Assembly (NCBI GenBank): GCA_031553835.1
Contig: JAVBKX010000009.1
Coordinates: 37,300 to 101,299, forward strand
Length of the DNA stretch: 64,000 nucleotides
Reading direction: 5' to 3'
From: Bacteroidales bacterium
GTDB lineage: Bacteria > Bacteroidota > Bacteroidia > Bacteroidales > Azobacteroidaceae
Shown here: piece by piece, positions 27,412 through 38,015 of the stretch
Numbering within the stretch: position 1 is the stretch's first letter
Layout of the letters: every line of letters starts with the position of its first letter
The notes under the pieces: model-generated
Database searches by the model: none
What the model saw: only the letters and a program-made list of their open reading frames with translations
Told to the model about the DNA's origin: nothing
Program-made: the position numbers and the translations under genes

Positions 27412-28038
27412 ATGAAACAATTAGTTGTATTATGTCATCCATTAAGTGAGAAATTTTGTGCTGTAATTTCGACTGAAATGGCCGGTTTGTATGAAAAATA
27501 CAAATTAGATTTTGAGTTGCGCGATCTTTATAAAATGAATTTTAATCCGGTTGTTTCGGAACAGGATATTTTGATGGCCAGTAAAGATCAAGTTCTTGAT
27601 GATGTGTTGACAGAGCAAGAATACATTAAAGATGCAGATTTGATTACATTTATTTATCCGATTTGGAGCGTGGGCATGCCTGCTATGATGAAGGGTTATA
27701 TAGACAGGGTTTTTTCGAAAAATTTTCTTTATTCATTTGTTGGAGGAAAAGTAAAAAAACAATTGAAGAAAAAGAAAGTGGTTCTCATTAATTTCTTTGA
27801 GCAAAATTCGGATTCATATCCTGAAGCTGATTTTTATGAACAATCCATGAAGTATGAGCGGCAAATATTTGAGCTTTTTGGTATGGATGTGATTCTTCAG
27901 TATTCATTGGAAAATATGAGTATCGATGATGAAGCGGCAGCTCTGAAAATCAGGCTTGAAGAGATAAAAGAAATAATCAAAAAAACATTGTTTATTAGTC
28001 GGAATAGTCGTCTTACTATACCGAATCTGTTCTTTTGA
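27412..28038 (+). CDS. Flavodoxin-like-fold NAD(P)H-dependent oxidoreductase
   Basis: 208 aa. N-terminus MKQLVVLCHP and the YPIWSVGMPAMMKGYIDRVF pattern are typical of the Flavodoxin_2 / NAD(P)H quinone reductase family. Confidence 0.6.
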   Translation: MKQLVVLCHPLSEKFCAVISTEMAGLYEKYKLDFELRDLYKMNFNPVVSEQDILMASKDQVLDDVLTEQEYIKDADLITFIYPIWSVGMPAMMKGYIDRVFSKNFLYSFVGGKVKKQLKKKKVVLINFFEQNSDSYPEADFYEQSMKYERQIFELFGMDVILQYSLENMSIDDEAAALKIRLEEIKEIIKKTLFISRNSRLTIPNLFF

Positions 28039-28167
28039 TAGAACACAGATGACACGGATGACACAGAAATTCACTGTTTGTATATTTTTATAATATACTC
28101 ATATTTCAGTTGAAAATAAAAAATCAATCCGCGCTTTTCTGTGTCATCCGTGTCATCCGTGTTCTAT
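28039..28167. repeat. 31-bp inverted repeat built from 9-nt units (ACRGATGAC), 67-nt AT-rich spacer, between convergent genes
   Basis: TAGAACACAGATGACACGGATGACACAGAAA (28039-28069) versus TTTCTGTGTCATCCGTGTCATCCGTGTTCTA (28137-28167): 30/31 complementary. Confidence 0.85.
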
Positions 28168-28187
28168 TAATTTGCTTTTGAGACAGC

Positions 28188-28730
28188 TTAAAATCGGTAT
28201 CCCATTAAGATACTACATCTTCCTGTCATTTCCGGGGAATATTCTGAAATTCCAAACGAGCGGCCTCCTCCTAAATTGAGATCTAATACAAATCCGGAAC
28301 GGCTTACATACTTGAATCCCAATCCTACACCAAAAGCAATTTCAAAAAATGATTCGTAAGTATAATTATCGTGGTTGTACCATCCTTCCATTTCTCCTCC
28401 AAAACACTTTAGAAAGCTTTCTACATAAAATCCTTTGGATCCGTAATCCCGTTTGTTGAAAAAATAGTACCTAAAAAATGGTGTAATGCCATATCGTTCA
28501 CCATTAAGTATATTTTCTTTTGAATCAAAACAGTACCTTCCTGTTATACCTAAACCAATTTCAGGTTTTTTTACATACTCATAAGTCAGGTCGATAGCTC
28601 TGAACAGGGCTAAGTCTAATAAATCAATTCCAATTTCATTGCTGCGGATACTTTCTGAATTGTTTTGTGAATGAATAGAAAAAGGAATAACACATAATAA
28701 CGCTACAATTGCAAGAATACGTTTTTTCAT
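28188..28730 (-). CDS. Hypothetical secreted / outer-membrane beta-barrel-like protein
   Basis: 180 aa with signal peptide MKKRILAIVALLCVIPFSIHSQ, alternating Gly/aromatic-rich sequence and terminal ...MGYRF. Family not recognised. Confidence 0.4.
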   Translation of the reverse strand: MKKRILAIVALLCVIPFSIHSQNNSESIRSNEIGIDLLDLALFRAIDLTYEYVKKPEIGLGITGRYCFDSKENILNGERYGITPFFRYYFFNKRDYGSKGFYVESFLKCFGGEMEGWYNHDNYTYESFFEIAFGVGLGFKYVSRSGFVLDLNLGGGRSFGISEYSPEMTGRCSILMGYRF

Positions 28731-28752
28731 ACGATAATTTTTATTTTAAATT

Positions 28753-30327
28753 TTAACCGACAATATTTTTATCGGGATAATCAATATTAAAGTGAAGTCC
28801 CCTACTCTCTTTTCTTTCCATTGCCTGTTTGATAACTAAGTACCCGACATTGATAATATTACGTAATTCGCAGATATCCCTTGATACTACGGAACGAATA
28901 AAAAGGTTTTCCGTTTCCTGATAAAGGATTTCCAATCGGTCGAGCGCTCTCTTTAGGCGAAGATTGGAGCGAACAATACCAACATAGTTAGACATGATTT
29001 GTCCGACTTCTTTTCCACTTTGAGTGATCAAAACCATTTCTTCGGGAAGCGAAGTGCCTTCATCATTCCATACAGGGATTTTTTCGTTGAATGGATAATA
29101 ATCAATATTGGCTTTGGCATGATTTGCAGCAGAATCAGCATAAACGATGGCTTCTATTAATGAGTTGGAAGCCAGTCGGTTGGCTCCGTGAAGTCCGGTA
29201 CACGAACATTCTCCGGCGGCATAAAGCCGTTTGATGCTGGTTTGTCCATTCAAATCTACTACAATGCCTCCGCAAAGGTAGTGGGCAGCAGGGGCGACGG
29301 GGATAAAATCTTTGGTAATATCGATCCCTTCGCTCAGGCATTTTTCATAAATATTCGGAAAATGTTTTTTGGTTTCTTCCGGATCTTTGTGTGTTACATC
29401 TAGGCAAACGAAGTCATCTCCACGGTTTTTCATTTCCGTATCAATGGCGCGGGCTACAATATCGCGCGGCGCTAATGACTTCCGTTCGTCGTATTTTTGC
29501 ATGAATTCTTTTCCGTTGCGGGTTTTCAAAACAGCTCCGTAACCCCGCATGGCTTCCGTAATCAAAAACGACGGACGTTCTTTCGGATTGTATAATGCGG
29601 TTGGGTGGAATTGGACGAATTCCATGTCTTTCACTAATCCTTTAGCACGATAAACCATAGCAATTCCGTCGCCTGTTGCGACTAATGGATTGGTAGTGGT
29701 TTGGTAAATACTGCCGATGCCACCGGTTGCAATCATGGTTACTTTTGATAGCAATGTGTGGATGTTTCGCGTTCTTTCGTCCAAAATATAAGCTCCGTAG
29801 CATTCTATATTTTCCGTATGTTTAGTTACCTTTTGTCCCAAATGGTGTTGTGTCAATATTTCGATGGCAAAATGATGTTCGAAAACTTTTATATTCGGAT
29901 GTTTTTTAATCCGGCTTATCAGGCTGGTTTGTATTTCTGCTCCGGTAGTATCTTTGTGGTGCAGTATCCGGAATTCAGAATGTCCGCCTTCTTTATGCAA
30001 ATCAAAATTTCCTTTGTCGTCTTTATCAAAATCAACCCCCCACCCTATCAGCTCGTTTATTTGAGCCGGGGCTTCTTTTACTACTTTTTCCACAACATTG
30101 ATATCGGAAAGCGAATCTCCTGCAATCAAAGTATCTTTGATATGTTTTTCAAAATCATCGAATGGTGCTGTTACAGAAGCAATTCCTCCCTGAGCGTAAA
30201 ATGTATTGGCTTCTTCTAATGTTGTTTTACATATTATGGCGACTTTTCCTTTGTCGGCGACTTTCAGTGCAAAGCTCATTCCGGCTATTCCGGAGCCTAT
30301 GACAAGGAAATCAAATTTGTGAGTCAT
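28753..30327 (-). CDS. nadB: L-aspartate oxidase
   Basis: 524 aa with FAD motif DFLVIGSGIAGMS; flavoprotein pattern of the succinate dehydrogenase / aspartate oxidase family. Confidence 0.88.
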   Translation of the reverse strand: MTHKFDFLVIGSGIAGMSFALKVADKGKVAIICKTTLEEANTFYAQGGIASVTAPFDDFEKHIKDTLIAGDSLSDINVVEKVVKEAPAQINELIGWGVDFDKDDKGNFDLHKEGGHSEFRILHHKDTTGAEIQTSLISRIKKHPNIKVFEHHFAIEILTQHHLGQKVTKHTENIECYGAYILDERTRNIHTLLSKVTMIATGGIGSIYQTTTNPLVATGDGIAMVYRAKGLVKDMEFVQFHPTALYNPKERPSFLITEAMRGYGAVLKTRNGKEFMQKYDERKSLAPRDIVARAIDTEMKNRGDDFVCLDVTHKDPEETKKHFPNIYEKCLSEGIDITKDFIPVAPAAHYLCGGIVVDLNGQTSIKRLYAAGECSCTGLHGANRLASNSLIEAIVYADSAANHAKANIDYYPFNEKIPVWNDEGTSLPEEMVLITQSGKEVGQIMSNYVGIVRSNLRLKRALDRLEILYQETENLFIRSVVSRDICELRNIINVGYLVIKQAMERKESRGLHFNIDYPDKNIVG

Positions 30328-30361
30328 ATACTGGATTTTCTGTTAGCGTTATTAAACCGGG

Positions 30362-30369
30362 CAAAGTTA
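30362..30369 (-). promoter_or_regulatory. -7 box TAACTTTG upstream of nadB
   Basis: The reverse complement of CAAAGTTA matches TAnnTTTG, about 35 nt upstream of the ATG. Confidence 0.4.
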
Positions 30370-30595
30370 GTGAAAGTTTTTTGATGCTATGCGGGTGAAA
30401 CGGATTACATGGTCCTGTTTTTTCGAAAATTTTGAAACAGCATTTTTTATTTAAACCAATTCTAAATAATAAAGTTCTGATCCTTTTACATAATCTTCTG
30501 TAAATAAATGAAAATAATATTATAACTTATTTTTTATCAAACAATTAACGCTATTTTTTTGTTTGGATTTAGTCAATAAAAAAAGATCAAGTAGG

Positions 30596-31087
30596 ATGAA
30601 AAAATTATGTTCATTTGTAGTAGTCACTTTATTTTTTAGCACAATTTTATTTGCTCAAGGATATCAAGTAGGTGACGTAGCAGCTGATTTCAGACTGAAG
30701 AATGTAGATGGAACATTGGTTTCGTTGAATGATTATCCGGATGTTAGAGGTTTTATTGTGGTTTTTTTCTGCGATTCATGTATTTCTTCCCAAATATACG
30801 CAGACCGGTTGTCCGAATTAGACCAGAAATATAGACCGCAAGGTTATCCGGTAATAATTGTTTCGGACGATTCTATGTACGATGTAACGGAAGCGCCCTT
30901 TGTGTGTGTGCTGGAAAAAACGCCCATTGGTAATATTGTTCGTTATGTAGGCGTGATTGATGACAGTCCGAAGGATCCGTTGACGGTAAAGCGCCGTTAT
31001 GTGGCCGATGCGGTAGATACTTTAATTCTTGAAAATACTCCGAGTCTGGTAGAACCGGAATCACCGGAATTTGAAATAAAACACTGA
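30596..31087 (+). CDS. Thioredoxin-fold (redoxin/TlpA-like) secreted protein
   Basis: Trimmed to the ATG at 30596 (MKKLCSFVVVTLFFSTILFAQG signal). CxxC motif in VVFFCDSCISS. Confidence 0.55.
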   Translation: MKKLCSFVVVTLFFSTILFAQGYQVGDVAADFRLKNVDGTLVSLNDYPDVRGFIVVFFCDSCISSQIYADRLSELDQKYRPQGYPVIIVSDDSMYDVTEAPFVCVLEKTPIGNIVRYVGVIDDSPKDPLTVKRRYVADAVDTLILENTPSLVEPESPEFEIKH

Positions 31088-31155
31088 TTTATATCCTGCA
31101 TGTAATTATCCATCAAAAAATGGAAGAAGGGTGTTTAAAAATCCACTTCATTTTT

Positions 31156-31163
31156 TAACTTTG
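31156..31163 (+). promoter_or_regulatory. -7 box TAACTTTG upstream of the Uma2-family gene
   Basis: Matches TAnnTTTG, 33 nt before the ATG at 31196. Confidence 0.4.
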
Positions 31164-31195
31164 CAAAATGGAAATGATTAAATAATGAAGTAACT

Positions 31196-31867
31196 ATGAA
31201 ACCGGAAGAAGAAAAACACCAACAACCATTGAAAGAGTATCCTGAGTCGGAAAAGACAACTCAAAAAATGGAAGAGCCTGCAATGGCGTATGTTAAACAG
31301 CGATATTCGTATGCCGATTATCTGACTTGGGCGGATGATAAAATGCGCGAAATTATCGATGGAGTTGTTTATGCGTTTTCTGCTCCTTTCAGGAGACATG
31401 CAGAAGTAACGATAGCATTTCTGAAAAAATCATTGGTTTTTATTCAAAGGAGAAAAGGAAAATGTAAAATTTATACCGCCCCATTTGATGTCCGTTTGCC
31501 AAAAAATGGCGCGACAGCCGATGATAAGATTTACGATGTGGTGCAGCCTGATATTTGTGTAATATGTGATCCTTCGAAATTAGATGAAAGAGGATGCATT
31601 GGTGCACCGGATTTAATCGTTGAAGTATTTTCTCCAAGTACCGGAAAGCGGGATGCTAATGAAAAATTCAGGCTGTATGAAGCTTCAGGTGTTTGTGAAT
31701 ACTGGTTGGTTTATCCTGAAAGTAAAGCGGTCAATGTTTTTCTTTTGCAACCGGACGGGAAATATGATGAAGGTACGACTTATGATGTTATCATGGGAAC
31801 TACACAGGTTCCTGTCCATACATTGGAAGGGTTGATTATCGATTTGAATGAACTTTTTGCAGATTGA
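31196..31867 (+). CDS. Uma2-family (DUF820, PD-(D/E)xK) endonuclease
   Basis: YSYADYLTW...EIIDGVVY...PDICVICD...APDLIVEVFSPST...EKFRLYEASGVCEYWLVYP matches the Uma2 pattern. The true start may be an internal Met. Confidence 0.75.
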   Translation: MKPEEEKHQQPLKEYPESEKTTQKMEEPAMAYVKQRYSYADYLTWADDKMREIIDGVVYAFSAPFRRHAEVTIAFLKKSLVFIQRRKGKCKIYTAPFDVRLPKNGATADDKIYDVVQPDICVICDPSKLDERGCIGAPDLIVEVFSPSTGKRDANEKFRLYEASGVCEYWLVYPESKAVNVFLLQPDGKYDEGTTYDVIMGTTQVPVHTLEGLIIDLNELFAD

Positions 31868-31868
31868 A

Positions 31869-32570
31869 TCATTTCTTCATATAATGCACCCTTTCTTCTT
31901 CCGAAAAATGCTCGATTGCATAACGTAATGCTGTTCGCGGCATATTTTTATAATGAATATCAAGGAAATCGATCAGGGTTTCCTTGTCTTTTTTTCCGAC
32001 TTCGCGAAGCATCCAGCCCACGGCTTTGTGCATTAAATCGTGTTTGTGGTTCAATAATTTTTGGGAAAGGGCTAAAGTGTCGTAATATTGTTTGTTTTTG
32101 ATAAATATCCAGGTCGAAACAATAGCAATACGTTGTTCCCAAAGATTATCGCTTTCGGCTAATTGGTATAAAATTTCCTTGTCTTTATCAAGCAAGAACG
32201 CTCCGATTACATCGCGACATGTGACATCAACCAAGTCCCAGTTATTCGCTCTGCGGGCATTTTTAAGATAAAAATCGACTATCTCTTTCCGCTCTTCCTC
32301 TTTTTTTGCTTTTTTGAATTGTTGAACAAGAAAAAGAAGTCCGGCTAAACGAGCTTCATGATATTGGGAATCCAGTAATTTTTGAATTTCAGGAAAAGGT
32401 AATTCTTTTGTTGTTTTTACGATATTGCGAGTAAGCGGGACTACAATTCCCAACATTACATCGCCTTCAGCATATTGGTCTTTTCCGGTTTTGAAAAAGC
32501 CCTGCAAGAATTTGGCTTTTTCGGGATTGGCTACAGATAAAAGTTCTTGTAATACGAATTCGGCTGTCAT
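31869..32570 (-). CDS. DNA alkylation repair protein (AlkD-like HEAT repeats)
   Basis: 233 aa. Helical-repeat sequence with NNWDLVD and WEQRIAIVST motifs typical of this family. Confidence 0.7.
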   Translation of the reverse strand: MTAEFVLQELLSVANPEKAKFLQGFFKTGKDQYAEGDVMLGIVVPLTRNIVKTTKELPFPEIQKLLDSQYHEARLAGLLFLVQQFKKAKKEEERKEIVDFYLKNARRANNWDLVDVTCRDVIGAFLLDKDKEILYQLAESDNLWEQRIAIVSTWIFIKNKQYYDTLALSQKLLNHKHDLMHKAVGWMLREVGKKDKETLIDFLDIHYKNMPRTALRYAIEHFSEEERVHYMKK

Positions 32571-32575
32571 TTAAA

Positions 32576-34483
32576 CTATATTTTGGTAATTTTACCAATC
32601 TTGATTTCTGTATCAGTAATATATTTTATTATATAAAACCCACTGTTGTAGTCAGATATATTCAATTCAAAACGATTTTCACCGAATTCCATTGTCGATT
32701 TGTATTCTTTGATAAAATTTCCTTTTACATCAAATAATTGTACAATAACCGGTGAATTTTCTTTGGATGAACAGGAAACAAAGATAATATCTTTTGCCGG
32801 ATTGGGATATATGGATAATGTATTATCCGGCGATATTTTTTCTATGGCAAGCGGATCGGTGCCGGGTAACGCCAAATCTTCAAATGTATCTTTTTTTCCT
32901 AATTTGACAGCTCTTGAAGGCTGGCTGATACAACCGGTGGTTTTATCTTTTATTTGAACTGTGTATTCAAAATTCTTTTTTGCCAATGTATAGTTTTCAT
33001 TATCAGTTGTTTTCCCATCGTTCCAAATATAGGTAAATTCGGGCATTATTTTTACAGCGGTGCTACGTCCGGATTCAAAATTTTCCGGATTCATAATCCT
33101 GATAGTTGGTTTGGATTGTTCAATTCGTTTGCAACGTTCTTCATCGGTTTGAGCTAAATCAATGTATATCCATGTTTTACGCGATTGAATCCAATCAGAT
33201 AGCCACCTGACGTGTGCGTCTCTTGTATTGAAAGTATAATTGTCACCGCTTGGTTTGTCGGAAATGCTGCCGGGATACTGCTCGGTATCGCGGGCAATGC
33301 ATCCTGCATCATTGAGTTGTTGAAGATTTTCGTTCAATACTCGTGGCAATGCTTCAAAGAGAGGCATTAGCAAGTCATAGTGTTGTGTATATTTTTCATG
33401 ATATTTTTCGTCTTTATCGACCTGGTAAAACCAGGCATATTTTCCTCTTAACCATTTTCCGTAATCGGCATTTCCGTTGGTTCCGAATGAAAGGTCAAAA
33501 TCCCAGGGCGCTGTCATTCGCATTTTATCATTCCTGTCTTTTTGAATGAATACGCTGGCGTTGAACTGATTGTCGGGTCCGTATGATAATTCATGCAGAA
33601 TTGTCCAGTCAATGAGGCTTTCTTCATCCATGTATTTTCTGAAACCGTTTTCCGGATCTTTGAATAATTCTTTGTTTTTCAGAACGGTTTCAAATTGTGT
33701 CAAATAATTTTTGATCCAATCGAGTTGGGCCTGGGTAGCATTTTTCGGTTTTGGATATTTGAACAGTAGGGGAATACCATATTGAGAAGTCTCAAACCGT
33801 GTCCATTTTTCATCGTCTTTCAATTTTCCGGGATCTCCGGCGGCTTCCAGTATATATCCTCCGGAAATGTTTGGTTCTTGCTGATCTTTAGTATTTTCCG
33901 GATCCAATTTTTTTATTTTGATGCGGCTGTCCGATCGTTTGATTTTTTCGGTCAAGCCATATAAGCCACGATATTCATCGCCAAACCATACTTCAACAAA
34001 ACAGAAGCGCGGAACCCAGGGAAATCCTTCCATGTATGTTCCCATGTAGAGCGCCAATGGTAATCTTAGCAAACTTTTATCATGTCCTAAATTGTGCAGC
34101 ACCCATTCTTCGTCAGCAGGCATTCCCAGTACCGGAAAAGGGTTGTCTTCGCCATTTTCGGTTATTAGATCAATGCCATAAGGACGTTTGCTGATGTGCC
34201 AGGATGTATTGCCTCTGCCGTCGATGAAAATTTTTCCATTATATAATGTTTCTTCGCTGTATGTGGAAGATGCGGAATTTTTAATGACCATACGCGCTTC
34301 CAATTTTCCTTGATAGTTGTCGGTTGCTTTTTCGTTTTGAATATCCCTCCAGTTTTTTCCGTTTAACATGGTGATATGGATTTCTGCAATGCCTTTTGGT
34401 GAAAAAAGATAAGGATTTTCTTCGGCCTGTGTGAGTACGAAAGGGGCTAAGGTAATACAAAGGATGAGAACTTTGCGTTTCAT
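32576..34483 (-). CDS. CotH-family (atypical kinase fold) secreted protein with T9SS C-terminal domain
   Basis: Signal peptide; CotH-like motifs RGNTSW, KRPYGIDL, HELSYGPDN, PWDFDLSFG. C-terminus LSIYPNPAKDIIFVS...GFYIIKYI. Confidence 0.7.
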   Translation of the reverse strand: MKRKVLILCITLAPFVLTQAEENPYLFSPKGIAEIHITMLNGKNWRDIQNEKATDNYQGKLEARMVIKNSASSTYSEETLYNGKIFIDGRGNTSWHISKRPYGIDLITENGEDNPFPVLGMPADEEWVLHNLGHDKSLLRLPLALYMGTYMEGFPWVPRFCFVEVWFGDEYRGLYGLTEKIKRSDSRIKIKKLDPENTKDQQEPNISGGYILEAAGDPGKLKDDEKWTRFETSQYGIPLLFKYPKPKNATQAQLDWIKNYLTQFETVLKNKELFKDPENGFRKYMDEESLIDWTILHELSYGPDNQFNASVFIQKDRNDKMRMTAPWDFDLSFGTNGNADYGKWLRGKYAWFYQVDKDEKYHEKYTQHYDLLMPLFEALPRVLNENLQQLNDAGCIARDTEQYPGSISDKPSGDNYTFNTRDAHVRWLSDWIQSRKTWIYIDLAQTDEERCKRIEQSKPTIRIMNPENFESGRSTAVKIMPEFTYIWNDGKTTDNENYTLAKKNFEYTVQIKDKTTGCISQPSRAVKLGKKDTFEDLALPGTDPLAIEKISPDNTLSIYPNPAKDIIFVSCSSKENSPVIVQLFDVKGNFIKEYKSTMEFGENRFELNISDYNSGFYIIKYITDTEIKIGKITKI

Positions 34484-34521
34484 GGAAATTTTCTTTTAAG
34501 TGATAATAAAATAGTAATTGG

Positions 34522-34529
34522 CAAAAGTA
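34522..34529 (-). promoter_or_regulatory. -7 box TACTTTTG upstream of the CotH gene
   Basis: The reverse complement of CAAAAGTA matches TAnnTTTG, about 39 nt upstream of the ATG. Confidence 0.35.
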
Positions 34530-34694
34530 TGAATAATTTTTGACAAGTCAATGATTTTATTCCTTTTTAATCAGGCACTTACGTTGTGTTTTTGTATTTT
34601 TTAGGATTTTAATTTTCATTCTTTTTGTGTTTGATTATCGGTAAGATTTTTTGTATATTTGAAGCGAGAATCAGGACATTAACACATTTTTATT

Positions 34695-35261
34695 ATGAAA
34701 TCAATAGTACGTTTGTTGTTGTTTTTATTTCTTCTTATTGTTCTTTTCTTTGGGATTTGGGTATTTTTAAAATTCCAAAACGAAGAGAGAAATTTTGTTT
34801 CAACTCATCAGGAAGTGGTTGAAAAAATAGAAGCTATCGGTAGATTGGAACTGGTGCGGATGAATGTCCGTGATGTGATGGAACATAAACTGGTGAGGCA
34901 ATGGCTGCCTAATGCCAGCGCCTTGTTGATTATTAACGGTGAAGCGGCAGGTTGCATTGATTTTCAAAAAATGAAACCGGAAGATATTGTGATTGAAAAA
35001 GATGCAATTAAAATCAAATTGCCGCAACCGGAACTTTGTTATTGCAAAATCAATCATGAAAAGTCGCGGGTGTATGAGACCAAATACGATTATTTTGTGA
35101 CGGCCGATCTGGTTGATAATGCTTATCAGGAAGCTGAAAAGCAATTGCGAAAAACAGTCCTTGAATCAGGGATATTGGATCAGACAAAACAAAATGCAAC
35201 GCTTTTCCTCAAACCGTTTTTTGAAACGTTGGGATATAAGTCGGTTGAAATTTCGTTCTGA
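34695..35261 (+). CDS. DUF4230-like membrane-anchored protein
   Basis: 188 aa with N-terminal TM segment (LLLFLFLLIVLFFGIWVFL) followed by the GRLELVRMNVRDV pattern. Family assigned from memory only. Confidence 0.45.
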   Translation: MKSIVRLLLFLFLLIVLFFGIWVFLKFQNEERNFVSTHQEVVEKIEAIGRLELVRMNVRDVMEHKLVRQWLPNASALLIINGEAAGCIDFQKMKPEDIVIEKDAIKIKLPQPELCYCKINHEKSRVYETKYDYFVTADLVDNAYQEAEKQLRKTVLESGILDQTKQNATLFLKPFFETLGYKSVEISF

Positions 35262-35272
35262 ATTTATTGTTT

Positions 35273-36892
<1,620 letters not shown>

Positions 36893-36905
36893 TTAATTGA
36901 GAGTG

Positions 36906-36961
36906 GAGAGTGGAGAATAGAGAATTCAAAAAACGTTTTCAATTCTCTATTCTCTACTCTC
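36906..36961. repeat. 21-bp-stem hairpin made of GAGARTN heptamers, in the ABC-F 5' leader
   Basis: GAGAGTGGAGAATAGAGAATT (36906-36926) versus AATTCTCTATTCTCTACTCTC (36941-36961): 20/21 complementary. The loop contains the palindrome AAAACGTTTT. Confidence 0.85.
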
Positions 36962-36977
36962 TATTATTTTAAGGGTG

Positions 36978-36985
36978 CAAAGGTA
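36978..36985 (-). promoter_or_regulatory. -7 box TACCTTTG upstream of the ABC-F gene
   Basis: The reverse complement of CAAAGGTA matches TAnnTTTG. This places the hairpin at 36906-36961 between the promoter and the ATG (36886). Confidence 0.4.
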
Positions 36986-37051
36986 CGGATTTATCTTTCA
37001 TTTTTTATGTTTTTATAACTTCAAATCTCATGTTGTTTGATTGATATTCTG

Positions 37052-37059
37052 TATATTTG
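37052..37059 (+). promoter_or_regulatory. -7 box TATATTTG upstream of the zinc-ribbon gene
   Basis: Matches TAnnTTTG. A second candidate, TAACTTTG, lies at 37069-37076. Confidence 0.35.
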
Positions 37060-37089
37060 TGTGGTTATTAACTTTGTAAACAGTTTATT

Positions 37090-37365
37090 ATGAACACATT
37101 ATTATGCCAAAGTTGCGGTATGCCGCTGACTGATCCTGAACAATATGGAACGAACAAAGATCTTTCGGTGAATAGGGAATACTGTTGTTATTGTTATACC
37201 GAAGGAATTTTTAATGAAGACTGCACGATGGATGAAATGATTGATCATTGCATTCAGTTTTTGGAAGAATTTAATAAAGACAGTGGACAAAATTTGACTA
37301 AAGAAGAAGCGATTACTCAAATGCGACAATTTTTTCCGACTTTAAAACGTTGGGCAAAAAATTGA
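37090..37365 (+). CDS. Small zinc-ribbon domain protein
   Basis: 91 aa with CQSCGMPL...EYCCYCY Cys pairs. Confidence 0.6.
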   Translation: MNTLLCQSCGMPLTDPEQYGTNKDLSVNREYCCYCYTEGIFNEDCTMDEMIDHCIQFLEEFNKDSGQNLTKEEAITQMRQFFPTLKRWAKN

Positions 37366-37367
37366 TT

Positions 37368-38015
37368 CTATAGTTTGGGTTGATATTCCCTGAAAACCAA
37401 CACTTTTCCCTGATCGATTTTTATTTCGAAATTATTATCGATAGTTTCGTTTAATGTCCCTTGCCACCACGATTGCAACGGCCTTTTATTGAGAGGATAT
37501 CGAAGGTTGTTTGTTGTGAAACGAGTTTCAGGCGTAAGGCTGAAAATGGAAATTTGTTGCCCTTCAAAACTCTCAAATACGGTTGAAGTGGCGATTGGTA
37601 CAAATACTCCATAATCGGTTAGTAGTTGCACTTTTATTATTTGGCTGTAATCGGCTAATAATGAGATATTTGCCAAGCTGTGATCTTCTCGTTTTCCGGT
37701 GGCGCCAAGTATCGTGATTTCTTTCCAACCGTTTTCTGCACAAAAGTGAATTGCTTTTGTTAAGTCGTTAGTTTCCTGGTCGGGATTGTGTTGTAAAATA
37801 TCGGCATATTTTGCTTTTAATGAGTCGGATAAGCTATCCAAGTCTCCCACAATGTAATTTGGTTCTAAGCCAAAAATCAATAAATTTTCGGTAGCGCCAT
37901 CGCAACAAATTATTCTTTCTGCATTTTTTAAAAATGACAAAGGAATATCATGTGAAGGAAAAGCTCCATTGGCTAATACTATCGTTTTGAAATTTTGTAT
38001 AATGGGAATCATCAT
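37368..38015 (-). CDS. Thiamine pyrophosphokinase
   Basis: ORF 37368..38153 trimmed to the ATG at 38015 (MMIPIIQNFKTIVLANG). TPK motifs ICCDGA, VGDLDS, DQETNDLTKA. The start overlaps the pnuC-family stop as ATGA. Confidence 0.8.
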   Translation of the reverse strand: MMIPIIQNFKTIVLANGAFPSHDIPLSFLKNAERIICCDGATENLLIFGLEPNYIVGDLDSLSDSLKAKYADILQHNPDQETNDLTKAIHFCAENGWKEITILGATGKREDHSLANISLLADYSQIIKVQLLTDYGVFVPIATSTVFESFEGQQISIFSLTPETRFTTNNLRYPLNKRPLQSWWQGTLNETIDNNFEIKIDQGKVLVFREYQPKL

